Notes under the pieces: model-generated
What the model was told of the DNA's origin: nothing
Databases searched by the model: none
What the model saw: the letters and a program-made list of their open reading frames with translations, nothing else
Shown: positions 38,555 to 48,864 of the stretch, one piece after another
How positions within the stretch are numbered: the stretch's first letter is position 1
Layout of the letters: each line of letters opens with the position of its first letter
Made by a program: the position numbers and the translations under genes
Assembly: GCA_018238545.1 (NCBI GenBank)
Contig: JABCTC010000016.1
Coordinates: 1 to 64,000 of the forward strand
Length of the DNA: 64,000 nucleotides
Direction of reading: 5' to 3'
Source of the DNA: Candidatus Heimdallarchaeota archaeon
GTDB lineage: Archaea; Asgardarchaeota; Heimdallarchaeia; Heimdallarchaeales; Heimdallarchaeaceae

Positions 38555-38854
38555 TTAACCAATTTTTTCACTACATTTTGGACAGAATTTATCTTCTTTC
38601 TTTATTTTTTCGCCACATTTGGAACAGAATTTGTTAACTTTCTTCTTTCTCAGTATGATTATTTGAATTATTGCCACTAATAAACCAATACTTCCTAAAC
38701 AGACCAGAATAATGTAAGCGTAATTGGTAGGAGTTGGTGTTTTTATTATGCCAAATAACCCATAACCGAGGGCAGCAATTCCAACAATCAACTCAGTAAC
38801 TATCCAAGTATATTTATCAAAGACACTTTTCTTCTTAGGCATAACACTCATCAC
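38555..38854 (-). CDS. 2-TM protein with C-terminal zinc ribbon
   Basis: FCSKCG...FCPKC. Confidence 0.8.
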   Translation of the reverse strand: MMSVMPKKKSVFDKYTWIVTELIVGIAALGYGLFGIIKTPTPTNYAYIILVCLGSIGLLVAIIQIIILRKKKVNKFCSKCGEKIKKEDKFCPKCSEKIG

Positions 38855-38885
38855 AACAAAAGAATGCTAGTATTTATGCCTTTTC

Positions 38886-40286
38886 TCAAATCTCCCACAT
38901 ATCATCGAATTCATCGCTTTTTCTGCGAATATCTTCCATTTGTTGTTTCAAACGATTGTGTTCGACAGTAAGTTTACTCAATAGTCCATCTATGCCTCTT
39001 GTACTTCTTCCTCCATATCTTCGAGATTGATTTAAACGATGAACCTTACGTTCTACCGCTAGCAGTTGTTCAAACAGCTTGTTGAACTTTGCATCTTGAC
39101 CCTCTCTCCAATATAACTCCTTTTTCAGTTCACGTTTGTTCAGCAGGTAGGATCGTAGATGATTATGGTTACGTTGAATATTGCTCTTGAGTTCACTTAT
39201 TGTGAGTGAGTAATCTTTGAGATCTTCGATTATTGAAGATTTATGAATAGAAAAATCAATATAATTGTCCACTAATTGAAAATAAGTTAAAATCTGTTCT
39301 AGTGTCGCTTTTCGACCATATAAAACGTATGAATCCAATCGAGTTTTGAATCTGAAAGTTTTTCCTGATAGCAATTTTGAAATGTATTTTTTATTAATAA
39401 TATAAGATAAACTAATAGCTTCTTTTGTTATTAATTTTACAGAAAACAATCCCTTTTCTCGCAACAAATAGAGGTTTTGGCTTGTGAAAACAAGAAGATA
39501 CTTTTTAGCAATTTTACTGTTTTTCTTTAACCAGACACGAGGAATTACAGCTATAAGTTCTTCTTTTTCATTATCTGGAAGTAATTGATGTATTTTTTTT
39601 AGAAATCCAAACTGGAACTTCAAATAGTTTACTTTCTGGTCGAGTATATCAAAATCAGCTTCAATTCCCTCAAATTTATTTTCTAACGTATTATCCAAAA
39701 GCTTCAAGCGGTTTTCCATCAAAACTAAAATTTCTTCTGCTTTCTCAATATTGTTCAGGTTCGTATATCTCATATAACCAATATTGCGAAGCTTCTCATC
39801 CATCATAGTAAAAGTTTCATTTTCAAACTTTACAAGATGATCTATGAAAGTTGCGATTTTACTTCTAAGGAGCGTTATTTCATCTTCAACATCTGCGAAA
39901 AGCATTATTTTCGCTTTTCTGATTTCGTAAACAGTATCAACAACTTCAACATAGTGTTTAGTAAGTTTCCATACTTTGGATAATTTCTTATGTAGAAGAG
40001 TTACAGCAGAAAAAATTAGCTGAGGTAACTGTTGATAATATAGCAAACCGTCCTCTACTGAAGCAGATTTACACCAATCGCAACGGTGAACAGGTTCATG
40101 CCTAGTTGTTGTTGTTTCTTTTCCACAAGTGGGACAATTTTGTTCATAACAGTCTTCCTCACAGTTATCACAATAGTACACAGTGTTTGAGATTATTATG
40201 TGATCTGAACAAAGTTTCCTCTTACATGATTTACAATAATATTGTGCAGGACTACTGCAAAAACTACAATTTGCTATAGCAGGCAT
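38886..40286 (-). CDS. Multi-zinc-finger (B-box-like), coiled-coil and PH-like domain protein
   Basis: CSFC-x7-CKSC-x4-CSDH, further CxxC pairs, long heptad region, YLLVFTSQNLYLL beta pattern. Confidence 0.7.
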   Translation of the reverse strand: MPAIANCSFCSSPAQYYCKSCKRKLCSDHIIISNTVYYCDNCEEDCYEQNCPTCGKETTTTRHEPVHRCDWCKSASVEDGLLYYQQLPQLIFSAVTLLHKKLSKVWKLTKHYVEVVDTVYEIRKAKIMLFADVEDEITLLRSKIATFIDHLVKFENETFTMMDEKLRNIGYMRYTNLNNIEKAEEILVLMENRLKLLDNTLENKFEGIEADFDILDQKVNYLKFQFGFLKKIHQLLPDNEKEELIAVIPRVWLKKNSKIAKKYLLVFTSQNLYLLREKGLFSVKLITKEAISLSYIINKKYISKLLSGKTFRFKTRLDSYVLYGRKATLEQILTYFQLVDNYIDFSIHKSSIIEDLKDYSLTISELKSNIQRNHNHLRSYLLNKRELKKELYWREGQDAKFNKLFEQLLAVERKVHRLNQSRRYGGRSTRGIDGLLSKLTVEHNRLKQQMEDIRRKSDEFDDMWEI

Positions 40287-40450
40287 TATAACACCTATTT
40301 TAGTAAAATATCAAAAATTACTTTATTTAGGGATGTAATATCTGGGAAATAGTATACTGCGTCCAACTTCAAAACAATGTGTGTAATAGTCAAACCAATA
40401 CTTTTATTTTTTGGGAGTTATCTTTTATTTATCACAGCAGGGAATAAGAT

Positions 40451-41656
40451 ATGAAGATATCAGAAAGAACTGAAAAATTTAGCTATGCTATCCGAGATGT
40501 TCTAACCGTAGCAGCAGAAGTTGAAGCACAAGGACATGAAATCATTAAACTAAATATAGGCGATCCAATAAAGTATGGCTTTAAAACCCCAAAACTACTC
40601 ACTGAACCTTTGAAGTATGCAGAAGAGGAGAACTATAATTTCTATGCCAACTCCCAAGGACTTCCAGAATTTAGAGAAGCAGTAACCATATATGAAAATG
40701 GCAAACATGGAGTAAGTGTCACAGCAGACAAAGTTGTTGCAACAGCGGGTGTGTCTGAGGGCATACAGATGACATTCATGGCTTTCACAAATCCAGGAGA
40801 TAATGTAGTTATACCAGGTATTCATTATCCTAGTTATTCAGGAAATGCTACAATTTTTGATACGAAAATTCAATATTATAAAACAGTAGTTCAAGATAAT
40901 TTTTATCCAGATGCAGAGCACATCAGATCTTTAATGAATGATAAGACAAAACTTGTCTTCCTCAACAGTCCAAATAATCCTACAGGATCAGTTTATCCAG
41001 AAAAAGTGCTAAAGGAAATCGTCGATGTTGTTGGAGAATATGATGCATGTATCGTTTCAGATGAAACCTATGATGGATTAATATTAGATGAAGGACTGAA
41101 ACACATAGCAACTGCAAAAGTTGCAAAAGATGTTCCAGTAATTGCATACAACGGCTTTAGCAAGGTGTTTTTAGCTCCAGGATGGAGGCTTGGATATGCC
41201 TACTTACACGATCCTGAAAATAAAGTAGAGGGACCTTGGGAAGGTTTGAATAAACTCACAAGAATCAGGTTGTGTGCATCTACACCTTTACAAAAAGCTG
41301 GAGCTGAAGCACTGAAACAGGATTTAAGTTCCTATCTCCCCGAAACAATCCGAATACTACGCGAAAGAAGGGACTTGATGTATAATAGGTTAGTAGAGAT
41401 GGAAGGAATAACTGTCTTCAAACCAGAAGCAGCATTCTACATTTTCCCTGTTCTAGATATGGAACAGTTTACTTGGAAAAATGATAAGGAATTTGTTTTT
41501 GACCTACTTCGTAAGAAACACGTTCTATCGGTTTTTGGCTCGGGATTTGGTCCTTATGGTGAAAATGGTTTCAGAATGGTGTATCTTCCAACATTGAATC
41601 AAATAGAGAATGCGATGAATAGATTGGAAGACTTACTAAACGTCTCTCGGATCTAA
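40451..41656 (+). CDS. Class I/II PLP aminotransferase (alanine aminotransferase-like)
   Basis: LNIGDP, NSPNNPTG, DETYD, GFSKVFLAPGWRLG. Confidence 0.92.
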   Translation: MKISERTEKFSYAIRDVLTVAAEVEAQGHEIIKLNIGDPIKYGFKTPKLLTEPLKYAEEENYNFYANSQGLPEFREAVTIYENGKHGVSVTADKVVATAGVSEGIQMTFMAFTNPGDNVVIPGIHYPSYSGNATIFDTKIQYYKTVVQDNFYPDAEHIRSLMNDKTKLVFLNSPNNPTGSVYPEKVLKEIVDVVGEYDACIVSDETYDGLILDEGLKHIATAKVAKDVPVIAYNGFSKVFLAPGWRLGYAYLHDPENKVEGPWEGLNKLTRIRLCASTPLQKAGAEALKQDLSSYLPETIRILRERRDLMYNRLVEMEGITVFKPEAAFYIFPVLDMEQFTWKNDKEFVFDLLRKKHVLSVFGSGFGPYGENGFRMVYLPTLNQIENAMNRLEDLLNVSRI

Positions 41657-42631
41657 TAGTTTTTCTTTTTCTTTTCTTTTTAAAATATACTTTTTGATTT
41701 TTGGAGAGAAGGAAGTTATGATTACTCCAGTTAAAATTATCCCTGCATAGAGAATAGTAAGAGGCGCAGGGAATTGATTAGAAAAGAACATTGCAAGAAT
41801 TGTTGCACCAATTGGTTCACCTAATATTGCAACTCCAACCACAAATGCTGGGAGTTTTTTTAAAGAATAATTGTAAGTTGCATGACCAATTAACGAAGGA
41901 CCTACAGCTGATAGAATAAATAAAACAAAAACAATTAATGGAAATACAAATAGTTCAAAATTTTCAAACTTGTTATAGATCAAGCAATAAATAAAGAGAA
42001 AGAATGCAGATGATAGATTTACAAAAGCAAAATATGGCCAAAGAGGAGCATTCTGTAAAACTTTCTTTCCAATTAGAAAATAGAAGGTAATGGTTAAAGC
42101 ACCGATTAACGATAATACTACTCCAAGTAATGAGTTGAATTGATCAGTAGAACCATTAGATGAACTGAAGGCTAATAAAACACCTCCCATTACTGCTAAT
42201 CCAATGCCTATCATTCCAAAATAATTAATTTTTTCTTTGAAAAAAATATAACCAAATACAGCTAGGAAAATTGGAACAGTGTCAACAAGAGTTGTAGATA
42301 TAGCAATAGAAGTAAAACCAAGTGAAACAAACCAAGAAGCAAAATGAATTGCTAATAGTAAACCTGCAAGGACATACCAATGGGTTTTTCTCAAAGTAGA
42401 TTTCTGGATTATCCAGTTAATCTTTTTTTTGCGAAATGAAAGAAGAAGAGCTCCAATCCCTGCAAATAAAGTCCGATACATCGCAGTAACTTCATATTTA
42501 ACACCATATGTTACATTAAGTTCCACTACAATAATTGCAGAAAATGAGACAGCAACCACTGCAATGAGAAGCAACAGAAAGGGAAAGATTAATTGAAACT
42601 TTGATTTTTCATTTTCTTCATTATGCTCCAA
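41636..42631 (-). CDS. DMT/EamA family transporter
   Basis: 10 TMs, HFASWFVSL, GHATYNYSL, LGEPIGAT. Confidence 0.9.
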   Translation of the reverse strand: MEHNEENEKSKFQLIFPFLLLLIAVVAVSFSAIIVVELNVTYGVKYEVTAMYRTLFAGIGALLLSFRKKKINWIIQKSTLRKTHWYVLAGLLLAIHFASWFVSLGFTSIAISTTLVDTVPIFLAVFGYIFFKEKINYFGMIGIGLAVMGGVLLAFSSSNGSTDQFNSLLGVVLSLIGALTITFYFLIGKKVLQNAPLWPYFAFVNLSSAFFLFIYCLIYNKFENFELFVFPLIVFVLFILSAVGPSLIGHATYNYSLKKLPAFVVGVAILGEPIGATILAMFFSNQFPAPLTILYAGIILTGVIITSFSPKIKKYILKRKEKEKLLDPRDV

Positions 42632-43850
42632 ACTTGTGCACCAATCTCATCTCGTTTAATGCTATACCCATTAAATACTTACCTACAACATGCCCCAATG
42701 AACCTTTAATCGCATAAGATTCACCGAATTTTTCAACTTCGTCTCTTCTACAATCTGAAGAATAGATGACTACTGGTACAGGATCTGCAGAATGATCCTT
42801 GAAACTACATGGGGTACTATGATCTCCAGTAACCATTATAACAATCTCTTGATCAAAATTCTCAGGTAGAAACCTATACAATTCTTTGTCAACTTTTTCT
42901 ATAAAATGTGCTTTTGCCATATAGTCTCCATCATGAGAAAGATTATCTGTTCCCTTCACATGTGCAAAAACAAAATCATAATTCTTTAGGTTCTCAAGTG
43001 TAACCTCAAATTTTGCTTCTAGATTGGTATCTATGCCTCCAGTTAGTCTTTCATCTTCAATAATATCCATCCCTAGCATTCGAGCGATGCCTTTATAGAG
43101 CCCACCTCCAGCAACACAAGCTGATTCAAGACAATATTCCTCTTCAAAATTTGGTACTTTAGGTACTTTACCAGCCCCTCTAATTAATAAAAAGTTGGCA
43201 GGTAAAAGCCCTTCTTGCACTCTTTCATCATTAATTACAGCCTTTGATAAGATATCTCTTGCCTTCATTACGTAAGTAGTAAGAACACGAGCGGTCTTTT
43301 GAGATTCAAAACTTTCGTCTAATGGTTTGCAAGTTGGTGGTTCTTTTCCTTCAACCTTCGGATCATTACCATATATTTTATCAGTCAACCCTTCTCCTCG
43401 AAGAACCAAAGCTGCTCGGTGTTCAGTTCCAGCCTTGAGTAAAAATTTTATTCCATCAATCTCAATTCCTTCAAGAAGATTCGATAACTCTTCTGTTCCA
43501 GTTTTTATTCTACCAGCTCTTCTATCAGTAATAACACCATTGTCATCTATTGTAGCAAAGTTGACTCTAAATGCAATATCTCCTTCTTTAACTTCTAATC
43601 CAACTCCTGCAGCTTCAAAGGGTCCTCTACCAGTGTAATATTCATAGGGGTTTACACCAAAAAGCGCTAAGTGTGCGGTATCACTACCTGGAGTTACCCC
43701 AGGTGCAATAACATGCAATAGACCATTCATTCCCAAGGAGGCTATTTTATCTAAATTGGGAGTATTTGCATATTCAAGTGGAGTTTTTCCACCCAAATCA
43801 GGTATTGGTCGATCTCCAAGACCATCCAATACTATAAACAAAAGCTTCAT
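42621..43850 (-). CDS. apgM: 2,3-bisphosphoglycerate-independent phosphoglycerate mutase
   Basis: DGLGDRP, PGSDTAHL, HVKGTDNLSHDG, TGDHSTP, HSADPVP. Confidence 0.95.
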   Translation of the reverse strand: MKLLFIVLDGLGDRPIPDLGGKTPLEYANTPNLDKIASLGMNGLLHVIAPGVTPGSDTAHLALFGVNPYEYYTGRGPFEAAGVGLEVKEGDIAFRVNFATIDDNGVITDRRAGRIKTGTEELSNLLEGIEIDGIKFLLKAGTEHRAALVLRGEGLTDKIYGNDPKVEGKEPPTCKPLDESFESQKTARVLTTYVMKARDILSKAVINDERVQEGLLPANFLLIRGAGKVPKVPNFEEEYCLESACVAGGGLYKGIARMLGMDIIEDERLTGGIDTNLEAKFEVTLENLKNYDFVFAHVKGTDNLSHDGDYMAKAHFIEKVDKELYRFLPENFDQEIVIMVTGDHSTPCSFKDHSADPVPVVIYSSDCRRDEVEKFGESYAIKGSLGHVVGKYLMGIALNEMRLVHKFGA

Positions 43851-44050
43851 GATATGGTTAAATATGTTATCTAATAAAATGTTTCCATTTTTTCTGTTTT
43901 TCTTTCATTTTAAATATAATTGATTATTAGTGGTAGTTTTCTGTTATCATATGTTAGCACGATAGTTTAACTTATTCCCGTTTTCTGGTTTCAATAAACT
44001 TAATAGTATAACGTTTGTTAATAATTAACTAGAAGGAACTGGTGAACATA

Positions 44051-44437
44051 ATGTCTATAGATTTAACAGCATCACAAAAAAAACAATTAGTTAAAATACT
44101 GAAACAAATTTCATTAGGTTGCGATTTAGAGGCGTTAGCTGTCGTTAATGCAGAAGGTATCAAAGTTGCATTTTTTTCGGAGAAGGGAACAGATCCTGAT
44201 TTACTCAGTGCGGTCTCTTCAGCGGTACTTTCCACAGGAAAAATGGTAACTAGTAATTTAGAGCATGGTATTTTAGAGCTAGTATTAATAAGAGGAGAAG
44301 AAGGTTTCACAATATTAGCAGGTGCATCAGATTATATATTAATAGGCGCTAGCAGGGATTTACACAATGTTGGACTAGCTATGCAAGTTATTAAGCGATA
44401 TGTGCCAGAAACAATAGAAGCTTTGTCGGAAAACTAA
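44051..44437 (+). CDS. Roadblock/LC7 domain protein
   Basis: ALAVVNAEG, LLSAVSSAVLSTG, VLIRGEEGFTIL, NVGL. Confidence 0.88.
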   Translation: MSIDLTASQKKQLVKILKQISLGCDLEALAVVNAEGIKVAFFSEKGTDPDLLSAVSSAVLSTGKMVTSNLEHGILELVLIRGEEGFTILAGASDYILIGASRDLHNVGLAMQVIKRYVPETIEALSEN

Positions 44438-44479
44438 ACTATCGCTAATTTTTATCAATTTTTTAAGAAAGAAGAATAA

Positions 44480-45472
44480 CTAGAAAATCCCATAAAATAG
44501 TAGATTGTCTCTAATTTCGGATTCAGCAAATCCTGCACTTACTCCAACAATTATTCTGATAACATCCATTACTTCTGCAAGTTTTAATTCAAAGAATCCT
44601 ATTAAAGCATCTGTTTCAAATACAGTTCCAAATCTAAAGGTCTTTTTCCAATATTTTAGCAAGTATTTCTCAACAGCAAATTCGAGGTCATGCAAAGGAA
44701 TATCTTTTGCATTAATGTATCTTGAAAAAACAGCCTTATACGGTTGATAATTATACTTTGAAAGTACTTCCGAAACACTAGTAGATTTCAGAGCTTTAGC
44801 TATAAACTTATTTGGCAGGATGTATCTATATGCAGGTATTCCCAAAGTTATACATCTAGAAAGAGCTAGGATGTTTTTCATGTTAACATATGTTTCATAT
44901 TTGTGAGAAACTTTTGGAAGTGTAGTATAGATATATTGATCTATTGCAGACTCTATAGGAGTGAAGCGTTCAGTTTCTTCAAATTCAATGTAAGCTTCCC
45001 GTAATTGCTTTTGAAGATTTGAATCTTTTTGAGATGAGATAATTTTAGTTATGGGCATCAAAAGTAGTTTAGTATAATAATCTATGGTGTAGCCAGCTAC
45101 AGGTACAATACGGGTCATAATATCATCATGTTTCATTCCTACATGAATGCCTTGTAATATTATTCGTAAATTTTCTGCGTTGTATCTTTCACTAAACAGT
45201 CTAATTTTCTTCTTAACTGAAGATGATGTTTGATTATAAAACTTAACTAATAGTTCAGCGAAATTTGTTTTTAGTTTCCTTGCAACATCTTCAAGTTGTG
45301 TTTCGAAGTTAAGATGTCCTATTATGGAATCATATCTTGTTTGGGTAAATGCTGCTCTTAGTTCCTTAAGATTTTTGGAGGATAATAAAAGACTCAATTG
45401 GGACTTTGTAAGTACATTCCCAACTATCCCATGAGCCCTGCCTAGTAGATAACTTATATCACCGAACGACAT
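44480..45472 (-). CDS. atpC: A/V-type ATPase subunit C (d/AC39 family)
   Basis: YLLGRAHG...LT, YNAENLRIIL, KLAEVMDVIRII; directly downstream of atpI. Confidence 0.8.
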   Translation of the reverse strand: MSFGDISYLLGRAHGIVGNVLTKSQLSLLLSSKNLKELRAAFTQTRYDSIIGHLNFETQLEDVARKLKTNFAELLVKFYNQTSSSVKKKIRLFSERYNAENLRIILQGIHVGMKHDDIMTRIVPVAGYTIDYYTKLLLMPITKIISSQKDSNLQKQLREAYIEFEETERFTPIESAIDQYIYTTLPKVSHKYETYVNMKNILALSRCITLGIPAYRYILPNKFIAKALKSTSVSEVLSKYNYQPYKAVFSRYINAKDIPLHDLEFAVEKYLLKYWKKTFRFGTVFETDALIGFFELKLAEVMDVIRIIVGVSAGFAESEIRDNLLFYGIF

Positions 45473-45473
45473 T

Positions 45474-48400
45474 TCAACTACCTTTTGCTGGTACTAATTC
45501 GATAAAGGATAGATTTTCTTTAAGAGGGGTGTAAATTTTGCCATCACCGACATAGAATTTTGAGAAAAATTCTACCCAATGAAGCCTTAAAGTATTCAAG
45601 AAGGACAATAAACCTTCGATAGGCACAATTATGAATAGGCCCATTGCTATTCCAACAACCCACCATAGCCAAGATTGAGCTAGTGGTGCCACTAATACTA
45701 CTGGTGTTAATGCTTCAAGAGGAAAACCAAGGGTCATAATTACAGAAGAGACAGTTATCATATTGTCTATTCCTGTAAGAGTAAATGGTAACGCGCTTAA
45801 AATTGCATGAACTAGAAGCAATGCCATGATTCGGCTGAAGGATAAGGTATTGGAAACAAGAGCAATTATATGATCAACTGCATCCATAATACCATCTGAC
45901 TTTGCGTGAATATATTCAAGAACAAACAATACAGGAACCAAGCCTACCAGAAAGATAGCCCAAGAGGGGAACAAAGGCAATGTCCAATGATCTACATTTA
46001 AGATTATTGCAACGAAATGAGATTGAACACCATCTGCCATGATATTATATAGCATTGCAAATATTCCAATGTATACTATTGAAAGTGTTAATGGAGCACC
46101 CCATGAGGCAAAACCATGCCCATACTTAATGTTTTGATAGATTTTCAACCATATTCCGATTTGAATGATAAGGAAACCAAGAAGTAAAGCGACAACAAGA
46201 AGCAATTTAGTTTCATGTAATGGATTAACTAAAGGTATCCAGTTAATGCTAATACTGTGAAAAAGATGAGGTAAGAATTCTTCATCACCCAATAAAGATC
46301 CAAACAATATTCCAAAGAATGCTGCTGCTGAGCCACAGAAAATTAATAACTCGCTACCGGAATATAGATACCCTGATATTGATTCACTAGGTTGAATCTT
46401 CTTCCTTCGTTTTCTAATAGCAAGAAATGCACCTATTAAAGCAAGCATTATACCATGTCCTAAATCAGCAAACATGACACCGAAAAGTAAAGGAAAAGTG
46501 AATTTCATGACATTGTAGGGGTCAACCTCATGAGGATTTGGTTGACCTATTCCCCCAATAATTCCTCCAATAGCACCAAATAATTTACCTCTTTTTGTAA
46601 TAGATGGATTTGGAAGAGGTACCTTGTCTGTAATAGTTATATTAATCTTAAAATTCAATTCTTTTTCTTTTTCAAATAGGGGTTCCATGGCAAAACTTGG
46701 AATCCAGCCCCATAAAATCACTTTACCTTCAGAAACTTGACAGATTTCTTCTGTAGTAATCCTATCCAATTCTACAGAGATTAGTTCTTCAACTGCAGCT
46801 ATTCTATCATTGGTTTCTTTAGTAAGTTCGGTTAATCTATTTTCCAATTGCTCAATATTCAGAGTGAGTTCATTCTTTTTGTTTTCGAGTGAATCTTCTT
46901 GCTGAAGTAATTCTATATCATATTCGATTGGTTGAAAAGTATATTCATTCAATACTCTGGAGATTGCTGTCTTATATTCCTTTAGCGCCAAAATAAACAA
47001 ATTCTTCTCGCTCTTTTTTGAACCTAAAGACTCTGTTGCCCAGAACATTATATTGCTATTTGTAACTTCATTTAAAAAGAACTTAACCGCTTTGAGATGG
47101 TTCTTTGGAATTGAACCCAAGAATGTAACTGTTTGAGAACCTCCTTCAGATAACATGAATTCCATACCTTCACCCTTCATCACTTCTATTGTAGGGAGAA
47201 ATAATTCAAGCTGATTTATTTCTTTTTTCAATTGATTGTATTCTGTGAAGGTTGTTTCAACTTCTTTCTCGTAATTATTAAGAAAGTTCTCTATAAATGC
47301 TTTAGAATGAGCTAAATCGTCAACAATTTGGAATTGTTCACAAGAATTTTCATCTGATTTCTTTAGATTTAACATCTCTCTGATTTTCTTTACTCTTGCA
47401 TGATATTGTGTAAATTCTATACGTCTCTTGGTAATAGAATCAATTGTAATAGTGTCCAAAGAACCAATCTTTACTGGATGAATTGAATTCAAAGAACGAA
47501 TAAATGAGATAAGCTGACGGGTGTATTTACTTTTAGTCACCATTTTTACAAAAGAAGCTTTTTTCGGGAAAAATGGTCCACCTTCAGGTTCAACTCCCCT
47601 ATGAGACAAGCTTGGTACATGTTTCTCCTTTTCTTTTTGAATCATTTCAGGTTTTGCTATTTTCAGCTCATCATCCTCTTTCTTTGTTTTCTTATATGAA
47701 AATGGAACATCATCAAGTACAGAAAATTTAGGCTGAATCTTCAGTGATTCTATGTCATTTACAAAAGTTTCGTAATTTTTATTCGTTACCCATCCCCAGA
47801 TTGTAAACATTTCTTCATCTGTTCGACCTTTTTCTTCTATTGTTTGAAGAATGATTTCGGTTTTTATTGAATCAATGTAGAAAACAATTGTCTTGGTTAG
47901 GTCTACTAAGTATCCTTCTAATTTTTGTTCTATTTTTTCCAATTCAGAATTTATCATGGAATATAGATCACTTACTGTTGTCGAAGATGTATAATCTTCA
48001 ATAGTTTTGAGTGACGATAAGTCTAAATTTGTAGGTTCAAAATGATTTTGTTCAAGAAGTTCTTCTACATTTTCTTTTAAGTCCATTAAGGAAATACAGA
48101 TTATTGTTTTGGTTTTCCTTCCTTCAGTTGCGACACTCCATAAAAATATCTTTCCACCAGTAATTTCATTTAAATAAAAACGAATTAGTTCTTCATAGGA
48201 TGAAGGAATTTCACCGTAAATAGTAAATGTTTTGGAATTGGAAGATAGAAGATCAATTGTAAATTTATCTTTCTCAATTTGACGTTTGAATTTGTTTAAA
48301 CCTGCAAGGATACGCTCTTCCTTCTTTAATTGCTTATGTTTGGTAACTTGAATTGATATTGCTTCTTCATGTTGGTCAATAAACGATTCTATTTCACTTT

Positions 48401-48671
48401 GCAGTGTTGAAACGTCTAAGATTTTCTCAAAAGAGTATTTCTCTTCTGCTGCAAAATCATCAAAAGGTATTTTGATTAAATTCCCTATCTTCACCAAGCG
48501 AAAGAAACAATTTTCAAGTTTATCCTTCGTTTCTTGTATTCTTGCTTGCTCTTTTGGACTTTGAGGATCTACTATAATCTGGTCATAGTAATCTAAAGTA
48601 ACAATTTTTCTAAGTAAGTTTAAGGTATTGTCCTTTGGAACCTGTATTTTAGATAAAACGACTTTTGCCAT
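45474..48671 (-). CDS. atpI: A/V-type ATPase subunit I/a, extended by a duplicated N-terminal domain
   Basis: EVDP, FPLLFGVMFADLGHG, SNTLSFSRIMAL (essential Arg), LRLHWVEFFSKFY. Confidence 0.93.
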   Translation of the reverse strand: MAKVVLSKIQVPKDNTLNLLRKIVTLDYYDQIIVDPQSPKEQARIQETKDKLENCFFRLVKIGNLIKIPFDDFAAEEKYSFEKILDVSTLQSEIESFIDQHEEAISIQVTKHKQLKKEERILAGLNKFKRQIEKDKFTIDLLSSNSKTFTIYGEIPSSYEELIRFYLNEITGGKIFLWSVATEGRKTKTIICISLMDLKENVEELLEQNHFEPTNLDLSSLKTIEDYTSSTTVSDLYSMINSELEKIEQKLEGYLVDLTKTIVFYIDSIKTEIILQTIEEKGRTDEEMFTIWGWVTNKNYETFVNDIESLKIQPKFSVLDDVPFSYKKTKKEDDELKIAKPEMIQKEKEKHVPSLSHRGVEPEGGPFFPKKASFVKMVTKSKYTRQLISFIRSLNSIHPVKIGSLDTITIDSITKRRIEFTQYHARVKKIREMLNLKKSDENSCEQFQIVDDLAHSKAFIENFLNNYEKEVETTFTEYNQLKKEINQLELFLPTIEVMKGEGMEFMLSEGGSQTVTFLGSIPKNHLKAVKFFLNEVTNSNIMFWATESLGSKKSEKNLFILALKEYKTAISRVLNEYTFQPIEYDIELLQQEDSLENKKNELTLNIEQLENRLTELTKETNDRIAAVEELISVELDRITTEEICQVSEGKVILWGWIPSFAMEPLFEKEKELNFKINITITDKVPLPNPSITKRGKLFGAIGGIIGGIGQPNPHEVDPYNVMKFTFPLLFGVMFADLGHGIMLALIGAFLAIRKRRKKIQPSESISGYLYSGSELLIFCGSAAAFFGILFGSLLGDEEFLPHLFHSISINWIPLVNPLHETKLLLVVALLLGFLIIQIGIWLKIYQNIKYGHGFASWGAPLTLSIVYIGIFAMLYNIMADGVQSHFVAIILNVDHWTLPLFPSWAIFLVGLVPVLFVLEYIHAKSDGIMDAVDHIIALVSNTLSFSRIMALLLVHAILSALPFTLTGIDNMITVSSVIMTLGFPLEALTPVVLVAPLAQSWLWWVVGIAMGLFIIVPIEGLLSFLNTLRLHWVEFFSKFYVGDGKIYTPLKENLSFIELVPAKGS

Positions 48672-48864
48672 CTATTTGCACCAATAGCTACTATAATCAC
48701 GAATAGAGAATTTTCACGGATTTTAAAATGTTCCTCTGTGGCAGAAGAAATCAGAAATAGTATCTCTCTAAAGAAAGAGTAATATTAGTTCACATAACAC
48801 GTTAACTATTATAAAATGGAAGTTAGGAAAAGAAAAAAAAGGAAAAAAAAGCATTTTAGGTATG

